A stretch of 64,000 nt of DNA from Eledone cirrhosa (Eukaryota), in NCBI GenBank assembly GCA_964016885.1, contig OZ024742.1, positions 328,724,001 to 328,788,000 on the forward strand, in the 5' to 3' direction. Under the pieces are notes generated by a model. It saw nothing but the letters and a program-made list of their open reading frames with translations. It had not been told where the DNA came from and ran no database searches. The position numbers and the translations under genes were made by a program. Below are positions 13,986 to 30,527 of this stretch, piece after piece. How positions within the stretch are numbered: position 1 is the stretch's first letter; each line of letters starts with the position of its first letter.

Positions 13986-14757
13986 CTCGTCGACATATAT
14001 ACAGCTATTATTTCGCAGAGTTATCTATTTATTAAAATAAAGATCAATGATTATGGATTTTGTTATGATCACTTTATTTACTTAACTGCTTCTGAGAGAT
14101 TTTAAGGATGTCAATTTGGTGTAAACAATGGAGCACAGAATATTATCTCTCAGGCCAAAGCCCGCCAAGTTTCACTTTGCCTTTCATTCTTTTGGAGGCG
14201 CCTCCCTCCGACAGTTATGTCAGGCAATTTTCCATAGATCAAAGAAAGGAAGATTGAAATAGTGTCTGTATGTCTGCCATCTTCTGCAAGAGCACCTAAA
14301 CCTCAAGTAATATACGATTTTCCCTTTGTTATTTTTGCATCTCTTTTCCTCCAGAAGAAATTAGCTGTGTTTTTATCTTGAGAGAGGTGTTCTCCGATCC
14401 GCTACTCAGGACTGAAGCCATACGACTCCATGCTTATATTCTTTATTCTGTGTGTTAATTTTAGTTTTACTGTGGTACATACTTCATTTATGATATGATA
14501 TATTCTTTCCTAATATTTGCACCACATTTTGTTTAATTAGTTCTAGTATGTGTTGTTATTTATTATTGTTTTTATTTTAAGAGGAAAGTATCGCTGGCTT
14601 GACGACAATATATCGGCATACATGAAATATTGTTGGTCTACATCAAAGCAGATTAAAAGGAGTTCTGCCTCGTAAAGCAAAGCAGACCAGCTATGGGTAA
14701 TATCGTGAACGAAGGAGACATACATTGCATTCACTGTCATATATATATATGGTATAT

Positions 14758-14823
<66 letters not shown>

Positions 14824-15033
14824 CGATTGGGAGAGAGATATAGGGGGGGGGGGTCTCAAAAATGTTGATTGCCAGTACAGGCAATATTTATTAGAATGTA
14901 CAGCCTTTCCCAAAAATAAAATAATCTACAAATATAATTCAATTATATGTAAACACCCAAATATGTTTACATAACTTAAATAATGCATATAAAATAATAT
15001 ATATATATATATATGTAAAGGAAATTTAAAATA

Positions 15034-15822
15034 CTAGCAGAATGGCCCGGCGTTGCTCGGGATTTGCTATAGGGTTCTTATATATTTGATATATATTTAT
15101 CCTTATCGAACCTCGTGAAATAAATACGTTTGTTTATATTTTGTTATTGTGTATGCAAAAATATCTGTCCATAAATATATAATTATATATATATATATAT
15201 ATTAAAATAACAGACTAAAGTTTAAGCAAATAATCACTACTTTCACCCTTAACGGCATATTCTACCTAAAAGCAGTATGAAGTACATACACTAAGACTAA
15301 TTGATATAATCTTTGGCCTTGTTTGTTTATATTTTGTTTTTGTGTGTGCAAAAATATCTGTACACGAATATCTATATTAAAATAACATATTAATGTTTAA
15401 GCAAAGAATCGCTGCTTTCAACCTTAACGGGATCTTCTTAAACTAAAAAAATCAATCTGGAAAACAGGAAGACTATACTTTGGTTCGTGAAGACGTTCCC
15501 TGGCATAAGAATATATATACACACACACACTGATCGCGTCATAATGACGTAATGCAGACAGTCAGGCATACAGACAGATATTATGAAGGCGCGACGTCAT
15601 ATCTATGTATCTATCTAAAAAGAGAAAGACTAAGAGAAAGAGAAGAGATCGCTAAATCGCCTAATGCAGTCCCTAGGGCATTGAAAATTTGAAATTGGTT
15701 TTGCTCAAAACACTTCCGGGTTCATACGAGTTACATGTATAAAGTTTGAAAAAAACCGGTTGGGTACTTCTCGAGTTTTAGGGAAACAGACACACAGACA
15801 TCCTCTGTTTTATATATATAGA
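15034..15822 (-). mobile_element. Non-autonomous Helitron, apparently complete
   Basis: Minus strand starts A|TCTATATATATAAAA and ends with hairpin CCCGAGCAACGCCGGG, then ...CTAG|T. AT insertion site, no TSD. Internal duplication 15127-15260/15320-15435. Confidence 0.8.
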
Positions 15823-16277
15823 TAAAATGTCTTGTTCAAGTATAGAACGCAACGCCGCGAATAGATCTCACAACATAGCGATTTGTGAGCTGGGCACTCC
15901 AAAATTACGCCATGCTCGTATACGTACATATATTCAAAAAGACACGGCTACATATGTATATAAGCGTTGTGAACAAGATGTTGTCTATAATATTTTACGA
16001 TATTTATTAAACAATGCTGGCAATCGATATAACTTATTGTTGAACAATTTTAAGAGAAATTCTAAAAGATGGTGTTACGGTTTCAATCCCATGTGGCCAA
16101 TGAATTTTGACAGCTCTCAGTTAGACACAATGAGGAATTCCATAATTCATGAAGCCTGTACATTTCAGAAACGGTTTATCTGATGAGATCTGATAGCTTT
16201 TTATTTTGCATACTGAAGTATGTAAGTCAACCTTCATAATCTTAGTCCATCTCTCTCGCCATCGATTTCATTCTTCC

Positions 16278-16311
<34 letters not shown>

Positions 16312-16364
16312 CAAACAAACATATCTATATATACATACGTGTATGGAAATATACACGCATACGT

Positions 16365-16427
16365 ATATACATACATACATACATACATACATACATACAT
16401 ACATACATACATACATACATACATACA

Positions 16428-16456
<29 letters not shown>
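16365..16456. repeat. (ATAC)n microsatellite
   Basis: Perfect tetranucleotide run. Confidence 0.95.
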
Positions 16457-16458
<2 letters not shown>

Positions 16459-16611
16459 TCATCCGTGTATTTGGTTGAATATATCTATGTATGTTTCGAG
16501 ATGTACATTTACATCTATTAGTCTATCGATTTGCATATGTTTCTTTATATATATATGCCAGTGTATTTATTTGTGCGTGGGTTTTTGGATTGATACATCT
16601 ACTCTCTCTCT

Positions 16612-16645
<34 letters not shown>

Positions 16646-16742
16646 CATTAAACATACACAATAAACACAAAATATGTTTGACAATTTCTTGCATATTTGA
16701 TACGTTCACAGTCTCTCTGCCATGCCAACACATGCACCCCAC

Positions 16743-16790
<48 letters not shown>

Positions 16791-17431
16791 CATATGGATT
16801 GGCTTTACGAACGACGATAATAAATGTATATATATATATATATGTATATATATATTTAATATGTATGACTTCGTTCTATAAGCAAAACATATGAAAGATA
16901 GTTACAGATTCAATATGGCAGAATCGACAAGTAGAATAGGTCGCGACCTAAGATATTTGCATATTTCCAATCTCCAACTGATAGTTAGAATCTGGTTATA
17001 TACCATATTATTTCTATAGCAGCCAACCTGCTTGATTTCTTTCAAACGTTGCTAGGCACCAACATTTCACACTTCACGTTCTAACGATCTCTCAATTATT
17101 CATGTATATTAGCGTTTCCAAACTTCAGTTTAGGGATCCCTGGAGATAATTGAAGGAAGAAATGCAGGTCTTGTGAGCTAAGTTCAACATTTCAACTCCC
17201 TATTTTTAAAGATAATAAATACACCATTGTGTTTCCTTGCTCTCCTAAGTATAAACATTTCGTTCTTTTCACTGATACTATCTTTATATCAAATTTTGGA
17301 AGGGGAATAACTAAATCCTGGGTCTGTGGTGAAATTAATCTAAATGAAAGTTCTCCTAAGGAGTGTAATGTTATATCTGAACATAAAATATTTTCGATGG
17401 TTAAAAGGGTTCGTTTTGAAACCGTATTGTT

Positions 17432-17543
17432 TCGTGTTCAATTCCATGTCGTGTCTCATTGAGACTTTGTTTTCTCGTATAGCAAGACAAGGCTATACGA
17501 GAAAACAAAGTCTCAACGAGACACAACATGGAATTGAACACGA
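17432..17543. repeat. Near-perfect hairpin, 52-bp arms, 8-nt loop
   Basis: TCGTGTTCAATTCCATG...CTCGTATAGC-AAGACAAG-GCTATACGAG...CATGGAATTGAACACGA. Confidence 0.95.
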
Positions 17544-17629
17544 TAGGAATTTTATAGATGGAATCTAGAATCAATTCTAGTCACCCCTATATATTGTTTT
17601 ATCTTTAATTATTTCTTGCTTTGAAGCAT

Positions 17630-17772
17630 AGAGTTACCTCCCTTTATGATCTGACTTCAAATCCCGCCGAAGTTAACTTTCCCTTTCATCCTTACGGGGG
17701 TCGATAAAATAAAGTACCAGTAATGCACTGGAATAATTGCTGGCCTTGTGCCAAAAGTAGAAACAATTATTT
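17630..17772 (+). mobile_element. SINE family A, 5'-truncated
   Basis: TTCAAATCCCGCCGA..CTTTCATCCTTACGGGGGTCGATAAAATAAAGTACCAG..GGCCTTGTGCC..AGAAACAATTAT. Same family at 30232, 57749 and 63826. Confidence 0.8.
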
Positions 17773-17934
17773 CTTGTTTTAATTATATAATATATAATAT
17801 CATTAATTATAATGTATAATAATTTTAATCGTTTAAGACAACATTCCTCAAGGAACTAAGCAATAACGACATGGACAAAAGACGTGGTAGGGGGTGAAAA
17901 CACTCTCGGACCACCCTGTAAATATTTTATAATG

Positions 17935-18120
17935 GTTTCTTATTTAGGCACACGGCCATCAATTTTTGTGGAAGGGCAGTGTCACTTAAATCAACCGCAG
18001 TGCATTACTGGTGCATTATTTTATCGACCCCGTAAGAATGAAAGGCAAAGCCCGTCTTGGCGTGCTTTGAACTCATAACTTGAAAGGCCAAATTTCTAGG
18101 CCACACAGCATATGGTATGA
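17935..18120 (-). mobile_element. SINE family A
   Basis: Reverse complement of the family A core (TTTTATCGACCCCGTAAGAATGAAAGGCAAAG). Confidence 0.75.
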
Positions 18121-19476
18121 CGCTGATCGGTTGATTCAATCAAATGGAGTATTCGGTATTGGACCCAACGAAGGTACACAACACCTATTAATATATGCAT
18201 ATTTATGTTCCGATACATCAGTGTATATTCAATTATTCATTTTATGTGTGTACGTGCATGAATGTATGGATATACGTGTGTGTGTATGTACATTTAGTCA
18301 AGTGTGACTATGGATGAACCAAATACGTAGCTGTATTGAAATAATGGGCATTTTATGATAATATATGTGTATTATTATGTGAATGTAAATCTGCATCTGT
18401 TTCAATTTGCATGTTTTGGGTGTTTTAAGCAAATAGAATAGAGCCCCTTTTATTCATTACTGCTCATGGGTTCTTCACATTTAACCGTTTGACCAAACTT
18501 TTCTTCTCTGGTTCATAGACAGGTAGTTTTCCTCTCTCCATGTCACCGATGGGGTCTTAGGGAAAGGTAAAAGCGTGATACAGCTTCGTACAAGAGTCTT
18601 GGAAACTCATAATTACTCTATAGATGCACTTTATTCACTGTGTATGATTTTGTCAAAGAGAAAGGCAAATGATAAATACAGCTTCTTCACATCCGTATCG
18701 TTCCAATCCATTTCCTGATTGGTACAACATAAAATATGTCATGCTCAATGGCATGTCGTGTCCTCGTATCCGGGAATCGAACTAAAATCCTCCCGATTAT
18801 GAGCCAACATCCTAACTATTGAGCCAAACAACTTTTTTAATAAAATACCAGAATGCATTCGTAGTTAATGCTAAACATACGCTAAATGTTATTCTCCCTT
18901 CTTTCATCTACGTTCACACGATATTCCTACCTACATATTACATTGTATAATGTTTGCTCAATGATATATCTCAAGTGAACTTTGTATTACAATGCCATTT
19001 TATAGAACCTATTAATATGCCTCACATATTGTTAAATCAAGATACCTAACATCTGTTGACATACCCATTGTTTATAATATGGCTTTATACTTCTGTGTTC
19101 GAAGCAGATACACATAGATACATACATTCATATATATATATATATACATAATCATACATGTTGTTGAACCTCTGTTACATATTGTAGCCTTGATTTTTTT
19201 TGGGGGGGGTCATTATATATTTTTTTCTTTTATCTTTGCTACTGTCAGTTTCTAGTGTATAAACAGCATGGTAATCTATAATTTTCAGCTGATATGTTGA
19301 GCGATTTTCCTCTAATTCATATTTAAAGTATAGCCGCCCTGCAGGAAACACTGAGTGCTTCTCCGTTAATATCCAAATTTCTTATATAAACGGTGTTTAC
19401 ATGTTTTGATCTTTCAATGAAAGAAAACAAATGGAGAAAAAATACTTACAATTCCTTTTTTATAGTTTAGTAAAGT

Positions 19477-19800
19477 GGACGTAACGTGGCCAAGTGGTTA
19501 AGAAGTTCAGTTCGCAAAACGTTTGGTACCAGGTTCGATCCTACCAAATGTCATCTTAAGTAAATATTATTTCGCATATCCTTGGGTAAACCTAAGGCTT
19601 ATGACTGAAATTGAGAAGGAAGAAACTGTTTGGGAGCAGATCAGATGTATTGTACCTGTAATTCGAAGGGTTATCCTTGTCACACACGCTTACGTTCAAT
19701 TTTTCGGAGAATAACCTTAAGTGTGCACGTGTTTATCGAATTACGGACACTTGCACGTTAATTTCACGAGCAGGCTGTTCCATTGACAGAACAACTAGAA
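19477..19800 (+). mobile_element. tRNA-derived SINE family B, degenerate
   Basis: A-box TGGCCAAGTGG and B-box GGTTCGATCC. 3' part (CACGTTAATTTCACGAGCAGGCTGTTCC) resembles 35900-35960. Confidence 0.6.
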
Positions 19801-20300
19801 AACATACCTTCAAATGCGACAATGATCCATACCAGTTTAGGATTATCACTTAAATGTTAGACGGTAAATTATCAAAATTTTTATTGATCGTAAGAATGGT
19901 TTACTGTGTTGTGATTGCTCTCTCTAACCCGAGTATAAATGGCATCGAAGGCAACTTTACCTTTAACATTTTTTGGATTGATAAATAAAGTCCCAGTCCA
20001 GTACAATGACAATACTTCTCTACTCTTCTCTTCCTTTGTTTCTTTGTTCGTATGTTACTTTCTTTCTTTTCCCCTCTTTTTATTTCCCTCATTCTGTCTC
20101 TCTCAGGCCAGGATAAGGAATAACTCCAGTAGCCTTAATATGTTTTAACTGAATCATTGCCATTTTTTTGCGAAAGACTGTCAAACTATACGAAGAATCA
20201 TGTCATTTCATTTTGCCTTAAAGTTGTGTCCCGAGAATATATACTACGTGTGATACATAATAGGCTGCAGGGATTATTGTCTACGATATGAATTGTAGAG

Positions 20301-20367
<67 letters not shown>

Positions 20368-20819
20368 CGGTAGGCATTCTAGATCACGGTAAAAGTTTCC
20401 ATTTAACGATTAGACTGGCTATTTTGTTAATTTAAGTAGATAAGTCCATTAATAGAAAGTTTACTTCTTTGACCTGAACGTCAGAGCGAAATGAAATAAT
20501 TATTTTGTAAGGGTAGATTACCTCAAATTAATTAAAATTCTCTACTCTGTTGTATAGAACAACATTTAAAAAAAATATATATATAAAATCAATATACATA
20601 TGGGTATCTATCCTCACTCTCTTATTAAACATCCATAGTCGTATCCTCTACAAACCTCTCTAACATTCAAGTACTGTACATCTATTTCAAACAGTTTTGT
20701 CATTCTTTTTATTTCTCCCCTAGCCTTCTTCAAAACTAACTCCCCTATATCCCTAGCTGCATTACCAATGTCAACTTTATCCAGCACTCCACACTCATCT
20801 GACCGTATTTAGTGAATCA

Positions 20820-21950
20820 ATAACACTAAAGCCATCATCTCAACGAGAATAACATACAATACCAAACCAATAACAACAGCAGGAACAATAAAGAACAAAC
20901 AAGAGCAGGACAGCTACACCTCACCTCCAAACACCAATACCACCACCATCACGACCACATTTTGTTAAAGAATAACACTGCAGGCATCATCTCAACGAAA
21001 GTAACACACAATACCAAACAAATCACAACAACAGGAACAATAAACAACAAACAAGAGCAGGAGTAACAACGCCCCCCCCCCCACACACACACACTACCGA
21101 CACCACCCATCACCACTACCGACACCTCCCATCACCACCACCGACACCGCTCATCTCTACCACCACGGCCACCATTATTTCAACGACAACACTGCCAGCA
21201 CTACCAGTATTTCAGTTATATATTCGATCAATATCTCCAGTGATTAGTATCTCTGGGACGTGATCAAAACGATATTTATTTCTGTTGACTTATAAGTGGT
21301 CAATTAAGATATCCTCATATCCTGTGTCACTGTAGTCAACATCAAAACCAACACCATCATCGTCAACAACTTCACCACTGTCAATATTAACCCAAGCACC
21401 AACACTAACTACAGAAACACGCCCCTCGAAACAGTTACAAACACAACCAACTTCAATACAACCACCACTACCAACACAATCCCTCCACAAACAACACCGC
21501 CAACGAAAAATCAACCTCGAACAGTAACACTACCGCAACGAACAACAACAAAACATTAACCAAAACACAGCCATATGCACCAAGAGCAGTGCAACTACCA
21601 ACCACATTACTAACTCTACCAATCCAATCACCACCAATACAACTACCATGACCAACACAACCAGAGAAAAAAAAAAGCACCCAGCATTTATACCTACTCA
21701 CATCCTGACTACTTACACACAACAACACCGCCACGAACACACACATAAATATCACCATATACGCCTCCCATTATCACCACCACCACCACCACTACAACCA
21801 ACACCAGTTCCTCTACCATCACCGTCGTTGCCACCACCACCAACACCATTTAAACCACTAATAACAAAAATAACAACACAAACTCTACGGCCATCACTAC
21901 ATCTAATAGTAACAATGAACACATCAACACCACAAGCACCATCATTCATT
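20820..21950. repeat. Degenerate (ACA/ACC)n low-complexity tract with local duplication 20820-20930/20970-21070
   Basis: C/A-rich imperfect trinucleotide repeats. ORFs are compositional only. Confidence 0.75.
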
Positions 21951-22566
21951 CACTTGTACTTTTCTCCTTCATTTTACGCCCTTTCTCTTTCCATTCATAT
22001 GCGATTCTAAGTATGCTCGGACATACATTACCAACAGCGACACAAGTTTTATTAATATCATCATGACTATAAGCACTATTTCAACTACAAGTAACAACGA
22101 AATGATCAGCCACTCTAATACCTAAGAAACCCACTGACCAGAACTTCTCCAAAATAACTGATTGAATATACCATTTGTTTTACCTTTCCTCCATTTTCTC
22201 ACTCTAAATTTCTATTTCTTCTTTTATTTCTCAGTCTATCTTCTGGTGATAGAATAGTCTCCAAAACATTAAGACTCTTAATATTTTGGACACTATAATT
22301 CTTAATGGTACTGTGTCTTATTTCTGTGTTATTTCTGTTTAATTTTGCATATATATTTTTCGAAATATTTACTTCTGCGTTCACAGATAGTTTTTTTTTA
22401 GTTTTAGAATATCCCATTAAGGGTGAAAGCAGCGATTCTTTGCTTAAACTTTTATCTGTTATTTTGATAAATATTTGCTCTACGGTTCTTATATATTTGA
22501 TATATATTTATTCTTAACGATTCCTCTTTGGATTTAGTCTTCAAAGTTATTATTATTACTATATAT

Positions 22567-22650
<84 letters not shown>

Positions 22651-23211
22651 ATGTATGTATAGTATATTTGGCAATATACCGTATGTTTAATTAAAAACAT
22701 TTTGAACACCTTGCGCTATCATTTTTAAACTAGTGACTATGTCACTTACTTATTTTTCGGCAAAGGAAGGGAGAAAAGGTGACAGATCCTGTTTCACGCT
22801 ATTGGTGATCCTCAGAGCAACGTACTCTGCCGAAAATTATAGATGCTAGATTCTTATAGAATTCCAGTAATACTCAGTCACTGATTATACAGAGCGATTG
22901 CCGGTCCAGCGAAAATTAAAAATTAGGATTGGTGCTCTGAAATAGCGATGTATACATGAATGTATGTATAGTATATTTGGCAATATACCGTATGTTTAAT
23001 TAAAAACATTTTGAAGACCTTGCGCTATTATTTTTAAAGTAGTGACTATGTCACTTACTTCCTTTGCCGAAAAAAAAAATGATATAGTCACTACTTTAAA
23101 AATAATAGCGCAAGGTCTTCAAAACATTGTTAATTAAACATACGGTATATTGCCAAATATACTATACATACATTCATGTATACATCGCTATTTCAGAGCA
23201 CCAATCCTAAT
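22651..23211. repeat. Composite insert: direct repeat plus fold-back palindrome (22922-23211) plus hammerhead-like motif, within (TA)n
   Basis: 22651-22750 repeats at 22960-23060. Inverted arms ~130 bp. Minus strand 22778-22818 reads CTGAGGA..GAAA-CAGGATCTG-TC. Confidence 0.85.
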
Positions 23212-23249
23212 ATATACATATATATATATACATATAAAATCGAAGTTCG

Positions 23250-23291
<42 letters not shown>

Positions 23292-24761
23292 GGAACTTCA
23301 TATTTATCTTTCTTGTACATATACTCCGATTCGGACTGGCAAATTATATTTGGAAGAAAAGACATGACGTTACGAGCATAACACGAGTTGCATCAATATT
23401 CAGTTTGGTATGTAACGCAGCCACGATTAGACAATATATTCTCCGTAACATTATAGATCTTTAACTTCTGAACGCTTTTTGATGCAAATAATGAAGGCCA
23501 ACGCACTCAGCTTCTCCCCGGGAAACCCCTCCACCGTGGGGACTAAAGCACACCTATTGGATCTTCTTGCCAGTTGACACACATATCCTAACATATATAC
23601 AGGGGACAAACTGTCGACCTGAAGTCTAAAAGGATCTAAAGAAACGCAAATCCTCTCTCTGTCTTAATGGAAAGATAGACAGATGGTAAATTTATATAAG
23701 GATTACTATGGCTTGCTTGACTAAAGTGCCTCATGGAATACCACACCAGTTTGTGATATCCGCTGCTTCGTCAGTAGAAAAACAATAGCTGAACTCACTA
23801 ATTCCTCAAATCTTATCACCTTTATCTTGTATCTTTATTTTACATTTCAGTACTTTTCACTTATTTACTTTATCTTTTTATTATTTTTTTTTCATTGTGG
23901 CATTTCTGTCTAATTGATTGATTTAGTGATTAACAAATTAATTATTACTTTTTATGCTTTATATTTCTTTTCTGTATTTCGTTATTTTATATCTGTATTT
24001 ATCTGGGTTTTGTAGTAACTCGATTACTAAGTTTCTTTACCTCTCTCACGTATATTATATAGGCCATATACTTCATATAATTGGACACTGCTTTATTTTT
24101 CACCCTTAACTTTCAATTATTAATCGTTAGTTCTGAATATTTAACGTCCTATGGTGTGTTCTAATTTTTAACAATTTATACACCTTCCCATTTATTTTAA
24201 TCGTTAATTGTTAATTCCGAAATTTAAATTTTCAATGCAAAATTCTAATTTCTAACCTCTGGGATTAATTATGTTTTGCTCACATTCATGTGTAGGTTAA
24301 ACAATAAATAATTCACTCATCAATATAATCATTTGCGGTCGCATGATGGTATGCTTTGTCCTGCCAAATGTAGTTCTTTGTCCTGCCAAATTAAATACTG
24401 CTGGCGTCTGTTGGACGAGAAACCAGGGCTGCAGCAAAACATCTTAATATATGTAATGGTGCCCCAGTGTATCTGCATTCTAATGACGGAAACATGTAAA
24501 GGAACACAATAATAAAAGAATACAACAAGCATACTCACATATACAGAAACACAGTAACCCATACACACAGTCTCAAACACACAACCAAGCACACAAACAT
24601 ATTTTATGTACGTATATTTCGTATAATACAACATAAATTTTTGATATTCTTTACGAAGAAGTTTGCAATAAGATATCAATCACAATATAAAATAATGTAG
24701 GGAGAGGTTAATTTGAATACACGGGATTTTGGAAATGTATTTTGCAACTGTAGATAACAGT

Positions 24762-27778
<3,017 letters not shown>

Positions 27779-27821
27779 TTACTTATTGTTCCACAATGCT
27801 TCAAGCAAACTTCAATACTCT

Positions 27822-27866
<45 letters not shown>

Positions 27867-27911
27867 TACAGACATTATATGGATATTTGCAATATAAGGA
27901 TTGCTAATTAA

Positions 27912-28113
27912 GACACAATGGCCAGCAATTTGGAGGGAGGGGCGTGTCTATCATAGCAAACGCCAACTCTTTCCTGCTACTTTATTTTATCAACTATGGA
28001 GGTATGAAAGACAAAGTTGACCTCGGCGGGATTTGAAATCAGAAAGCACAAAACAGAGCATATAGTGCAAGGCATTTATCCGATGTTATGACGATTCTGC
28101 TAACACACCACCC
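27912..28113 (-). mobile_element. SINE family A, diverged
   Basis: ATGAAAGACAAAGTTGACCTCGGCGGGATTTGAA. Confidence 0.7.
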
Positions 28114-28559
28114 TAAGATATATGCAAAATAATAAGAATAAATCAATGAATTCACTACGTGTGTATTTGGCTAAAATGACTCCTTATGTTTCTCATGCAT
28201 AACATTACAAATATATTACAAAAAAAAAAAGAAAACAATGATTGAAGACAAATACATGTATGTGAGTATGTGTAAATGAATGTGTGTGTGTGTATGTGTG
28301 TATGTGTCTATGTGTGTATGTTTGCGTGAGTCAGTGTGTGCGTGTATTTGTATGTGTGTATGTCTGCGTCAGTCACTGTAACTCTCGTTTGACTCACGCC
28401 ACTCGATTTCCACAACCGCCTTCAACGTATAAGCTAATTCTCTCTATAGCTCTCTTATACTCTCTCACCTCTCTCTATAGATTATCAGACCAACGAACCA
28501 TCACATCAGGTACTATATATTAGAAAGAAGACACATACAGAAATACTGATGAAACACAT

Positions 28560-29100
28560 TTCGGTGTATCTTCCAGAAGGCATTTGTGTTTAATTTGATT
28601 GATTGCCAGATAGAATAGTGTTGACATTTTTTTATAAGTGAATGTCCCGGTGGGACAAGGGGGCACAATCATCAATGAACAACATTTCTGTAATGAGAAC
28701 CTTAAGTGTTTTACTATTTGCATTGTACATCTCAGGTCAATTAAATCTCCATCCGAACATTATCTGATATAGTTACTGATATATTGATAACATCACGGAC
28801 TTGAATAGTAGAATCGCAAGAGATAAGGCTAGAAAATGTAAGGCAATCCATGTTCTTGGTAGATTTCAGCATCGTTTTATAAACAAAGTATGTCTGAACA
28901 AGACTGAAAATTTATTGTGTTTTAGACTACAGGTGATATGAGTATGCCTGTGAGAACACGACCCTGCAGTATTTTTATCCGCTAACGCAATCAGGAATCC
29001 TATATACATATTAAGACTATATTTCCAACATAAAACCGGAATACAACAATTTCTTCAATACGATTCTAAATCAGGGCAGCTATTCCTGTCCAGAAAACGC
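28560..29100 (-). mobile_element. Ancient degenerate RTE/BovB-like RT remnant (may extend to ~29720)
   Basis: Minus-strand frame reads VLITEMLFIDDCAPLSH (cf. RTE ELLFADDCALLAH). Many stops. Confidence 0.45.
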
Positions 29101-29837
29101 TGCTTCTCACATATCACACTGCAACATAGGATATGCAGCCAAAGAGTTCCCAACCTAATATCCAGCCTTATTTAATAAAAACCCTACTTTGTCCACTTAG
29201 AGCAATATGCCCCTCCAAAGCATTGAAATAAAAAGCTGCAACAAAACACACTAATGGTAATGAAATGTCTTACAAGTTTCATCCATTTCAGGGCCGTTAC
29301 AGCCAACAACTAAACTGATTCAAGTCAGGGACAAGAACAAATCCTCCTCTTTCTCACAATCTGTTCAGAAACTTGGGGTCGGTCAAAGAGAATTTCACCC
29401 GTGTCCTGAAAAGACAATATAAGCAATGTATGTTTTAGGCTTAGCAGATTAGGAAACACAGATTTTTTTTTCCAAAGAGGAATCCCGAAGATCTCCCTAT
29501 TAGACGACATTTCTGGGAAACATCTAACTACCCGAAATACCCATAGAATCGCAATAAGCCTCAGAACAAATTACCTGTATAGATTTCAGAATAACTAACC
29601 GCGAAAGTTGCTTCCCAAATTTCAGCGCTATGCTATCAACTATACCTCAGGATTTATATACTGTTCTCATTGGTGGTGTCTTATCAGTTACCACCAATGG
29701 GAACACCTTAGCGGGCGTCCCAGTATTACATATATTCCTCTCAGTTCACTTCATTTCATAATTGCCAGAACTAATGTGACACCATGAGAGAATTATCAAG
29801 CGATACTTTGGTGTTATACACACACACACAGACACAG

Positions 29838-29870
<33 letters not shown>

Positions 29871-29904
29871 ATTTTGGTGATTAGGAGTGACAGGGTATTC
29901 ATTT

Positions 29905-29996
29905 ATCAAATTAAAAGTAGTTAAGACCGCGTTACTTTACAATAATTACTTTATTGCAATTATGGTAAAGTAACCCCATCTTAACTACTTTTAAGT

Positions 29997-30000
<4 letters not shown>
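29905..30000. repeat. Imperfect hairpin (~43-bp arms) abutting (TA)n
   Basis: ATCAAATTAAAAGTAGTTAAGA..GTTACTTTAC mirrors GTAAAGTAAC..TCTTAACTACTTTTAAGTTGAT. Confidence 0.85.
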
Positions 30001-30032
<32 letters not shown>

Positions 30033-30231
30033 CATATAGGGTATTAATTTAACAATGAAAATAATAACAACAAAGTCGACTTATTTTACCTATACATATC
30101 ATTGTGTTACGATTGTTTCGAAGGGTTGATCATATTGACATATTGTCTGATCTATAGCAGTTATATAACTGTATACTGTCAGATCTCATATATAGGTTTG
30201 ATCAGACCGTCTTCTTCGGTAACATTATATC

Positions 30232-30420
30232 GATGGATTGGCAGTATCGGTAAAGGGTCGGACGCCATGCTTTGATACATAAAGTTACGGCCCTTTCCAT
30301 TCTGAGTTCAAATCCCGCCGAGGTTAACTTTGTCTTTCATCCTTATGGGGTCGATAAAACAAAAGTACCAGTAATGCACTGGGTAATTGCTGGCCTTGTG
30401 CCAAAAGTAGAAACAATTAT
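30232..30420 (+). mobile_element. SINE family A, near full length
   Basis: Head TGGCAGTATCGGTA, B-box GAGTTCAAATC, core CTTTCATCCTTATGGGGTCGATAAAA, tail AGAAACAATTAT. Confidence 0.8.
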
Positions 30421-30473
30421 ATATATATTAAAATGCAAATATTAATAAAATAGATGTTCTTTTGATCAAATAA

Positions 30474-30527
30474 ATTGTATTATACATATTTCAGAGGTAC
30501 AACAGTACGTCTTCATCAGACAAAATA
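30474..30527 (-). ncRNA. Hammerhead ribozyme in an orphan PLE terminus related to PLE-1
   Basis: TATTTTGT-CTGATGA-AGACGTAC TGTT GTACCTCT-GAAA-TATGTA-TA-ATACAAT. Confidence 0.8.

Noticed and set aside
16180-16200. Isolated CTGATGA motifs (also ~4598, ~28546, ~43025) and CTGATAA..CGAAAC at 43158-43240
   Set aside because: No properly placed GAAA/NUH with supporting stems.
22199-22520. Lys/Asn-rich minus-strand ORF, possibly a retroelement N-terminal fragment or exon
   Set aside because: No recognisable motif; cannot be assigned without a database search.
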